Assembly: GCA_964270895.1 (NCBI GenBank)
Contig: OZ185439.1
Strand: one strand, 5' to 3'
Length of the DNA: 64,000 nt
From: Podarcis filfolensis
Taxonomy: Eukaryota
In this document: piece after piece, positions 63,899-64,000 of the stretch
Position numbering within the stretch: position 1 is the first letter of the stretch
Layout of the letters: the number at the start of each line of letters is the position of its first letter
Notes under the pieces: generated by a model
Seen by the model: the letters and a program-made list of their open reading frames with translations, nothing else
What the model was told of the DNA's origin: nothing
The model's database searches: none
Position numbers and translations under genes: made by a program

Positions 63899-64000
63899 CA
63901 GTGGTACCTCGGGTTACAGACGCTTCAGGTTACAGACGCTTCAGGTTACAGACTCCGCTAACCCAGAAATAGTACCTCGGGTTAAGAACTTTGCTTCAGG
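63899..64000. mobile_element. TA-inserted Tc1/mariner-superfamily (pogo/Tigger-like) MITE, truncated by the window end
   Basis: TA|CAGTGGTACCTCGGGTTA. 98 of 102 nt identical to the start of the 50881 copy. Confidence 0.85.

Overview
Eukaryotic (vertebrate) genomic DNA, most likely from a squamate lizard. The lizard call is an inference from the Sauria-type SINEs and the young L2, CR1, RTE and MITE repeats; lacertid is plausible but not provable here. The window holds two head-to-head genes. (1) The 5' part of STN1/OBFC1 (CST complex) on the minus strand: four coding exons at 6559-6427, 4811-4716, 2788-2717 and 370-200, plus a probable non-coding first exon ending at 14358. The rest of STN1 lies left of the window. 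(2) The complete coding sequence of SLK (STE20-like kinase) on the plus strand: 19 coding exons from 16063 to 58841, 3798 nt, 1265 aa plus stop, with all splice phases checked by hand. A single CpG island (~14.3-15.35 kb) appears to serve both genes. The introns carry many transposable elements: a 5'-truncated L2 with an uninterrupted 448-codon RT frame, four Sauria SINEs, CR1/L1/RTE/L2 fragments, and TA-flanked pogo/Tc-like and hAT non-autonomous DNA elements, some nested. I did not find evidence of a new biological system. The most worthwhile observations are regulatory: the compact bidirectional promoter, an overlapping uORF on STN1, a GC-AG intron next to a strong CTCF motif, a UGCAUG cluster before the 93-nt SLK cassette exon, and a sense-oriented young L2 in STN1 intron 1. 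Comparisons with human and mouse are from memory and were not run. Most ORFs in the supplied track are intronic or antisense artefacts.
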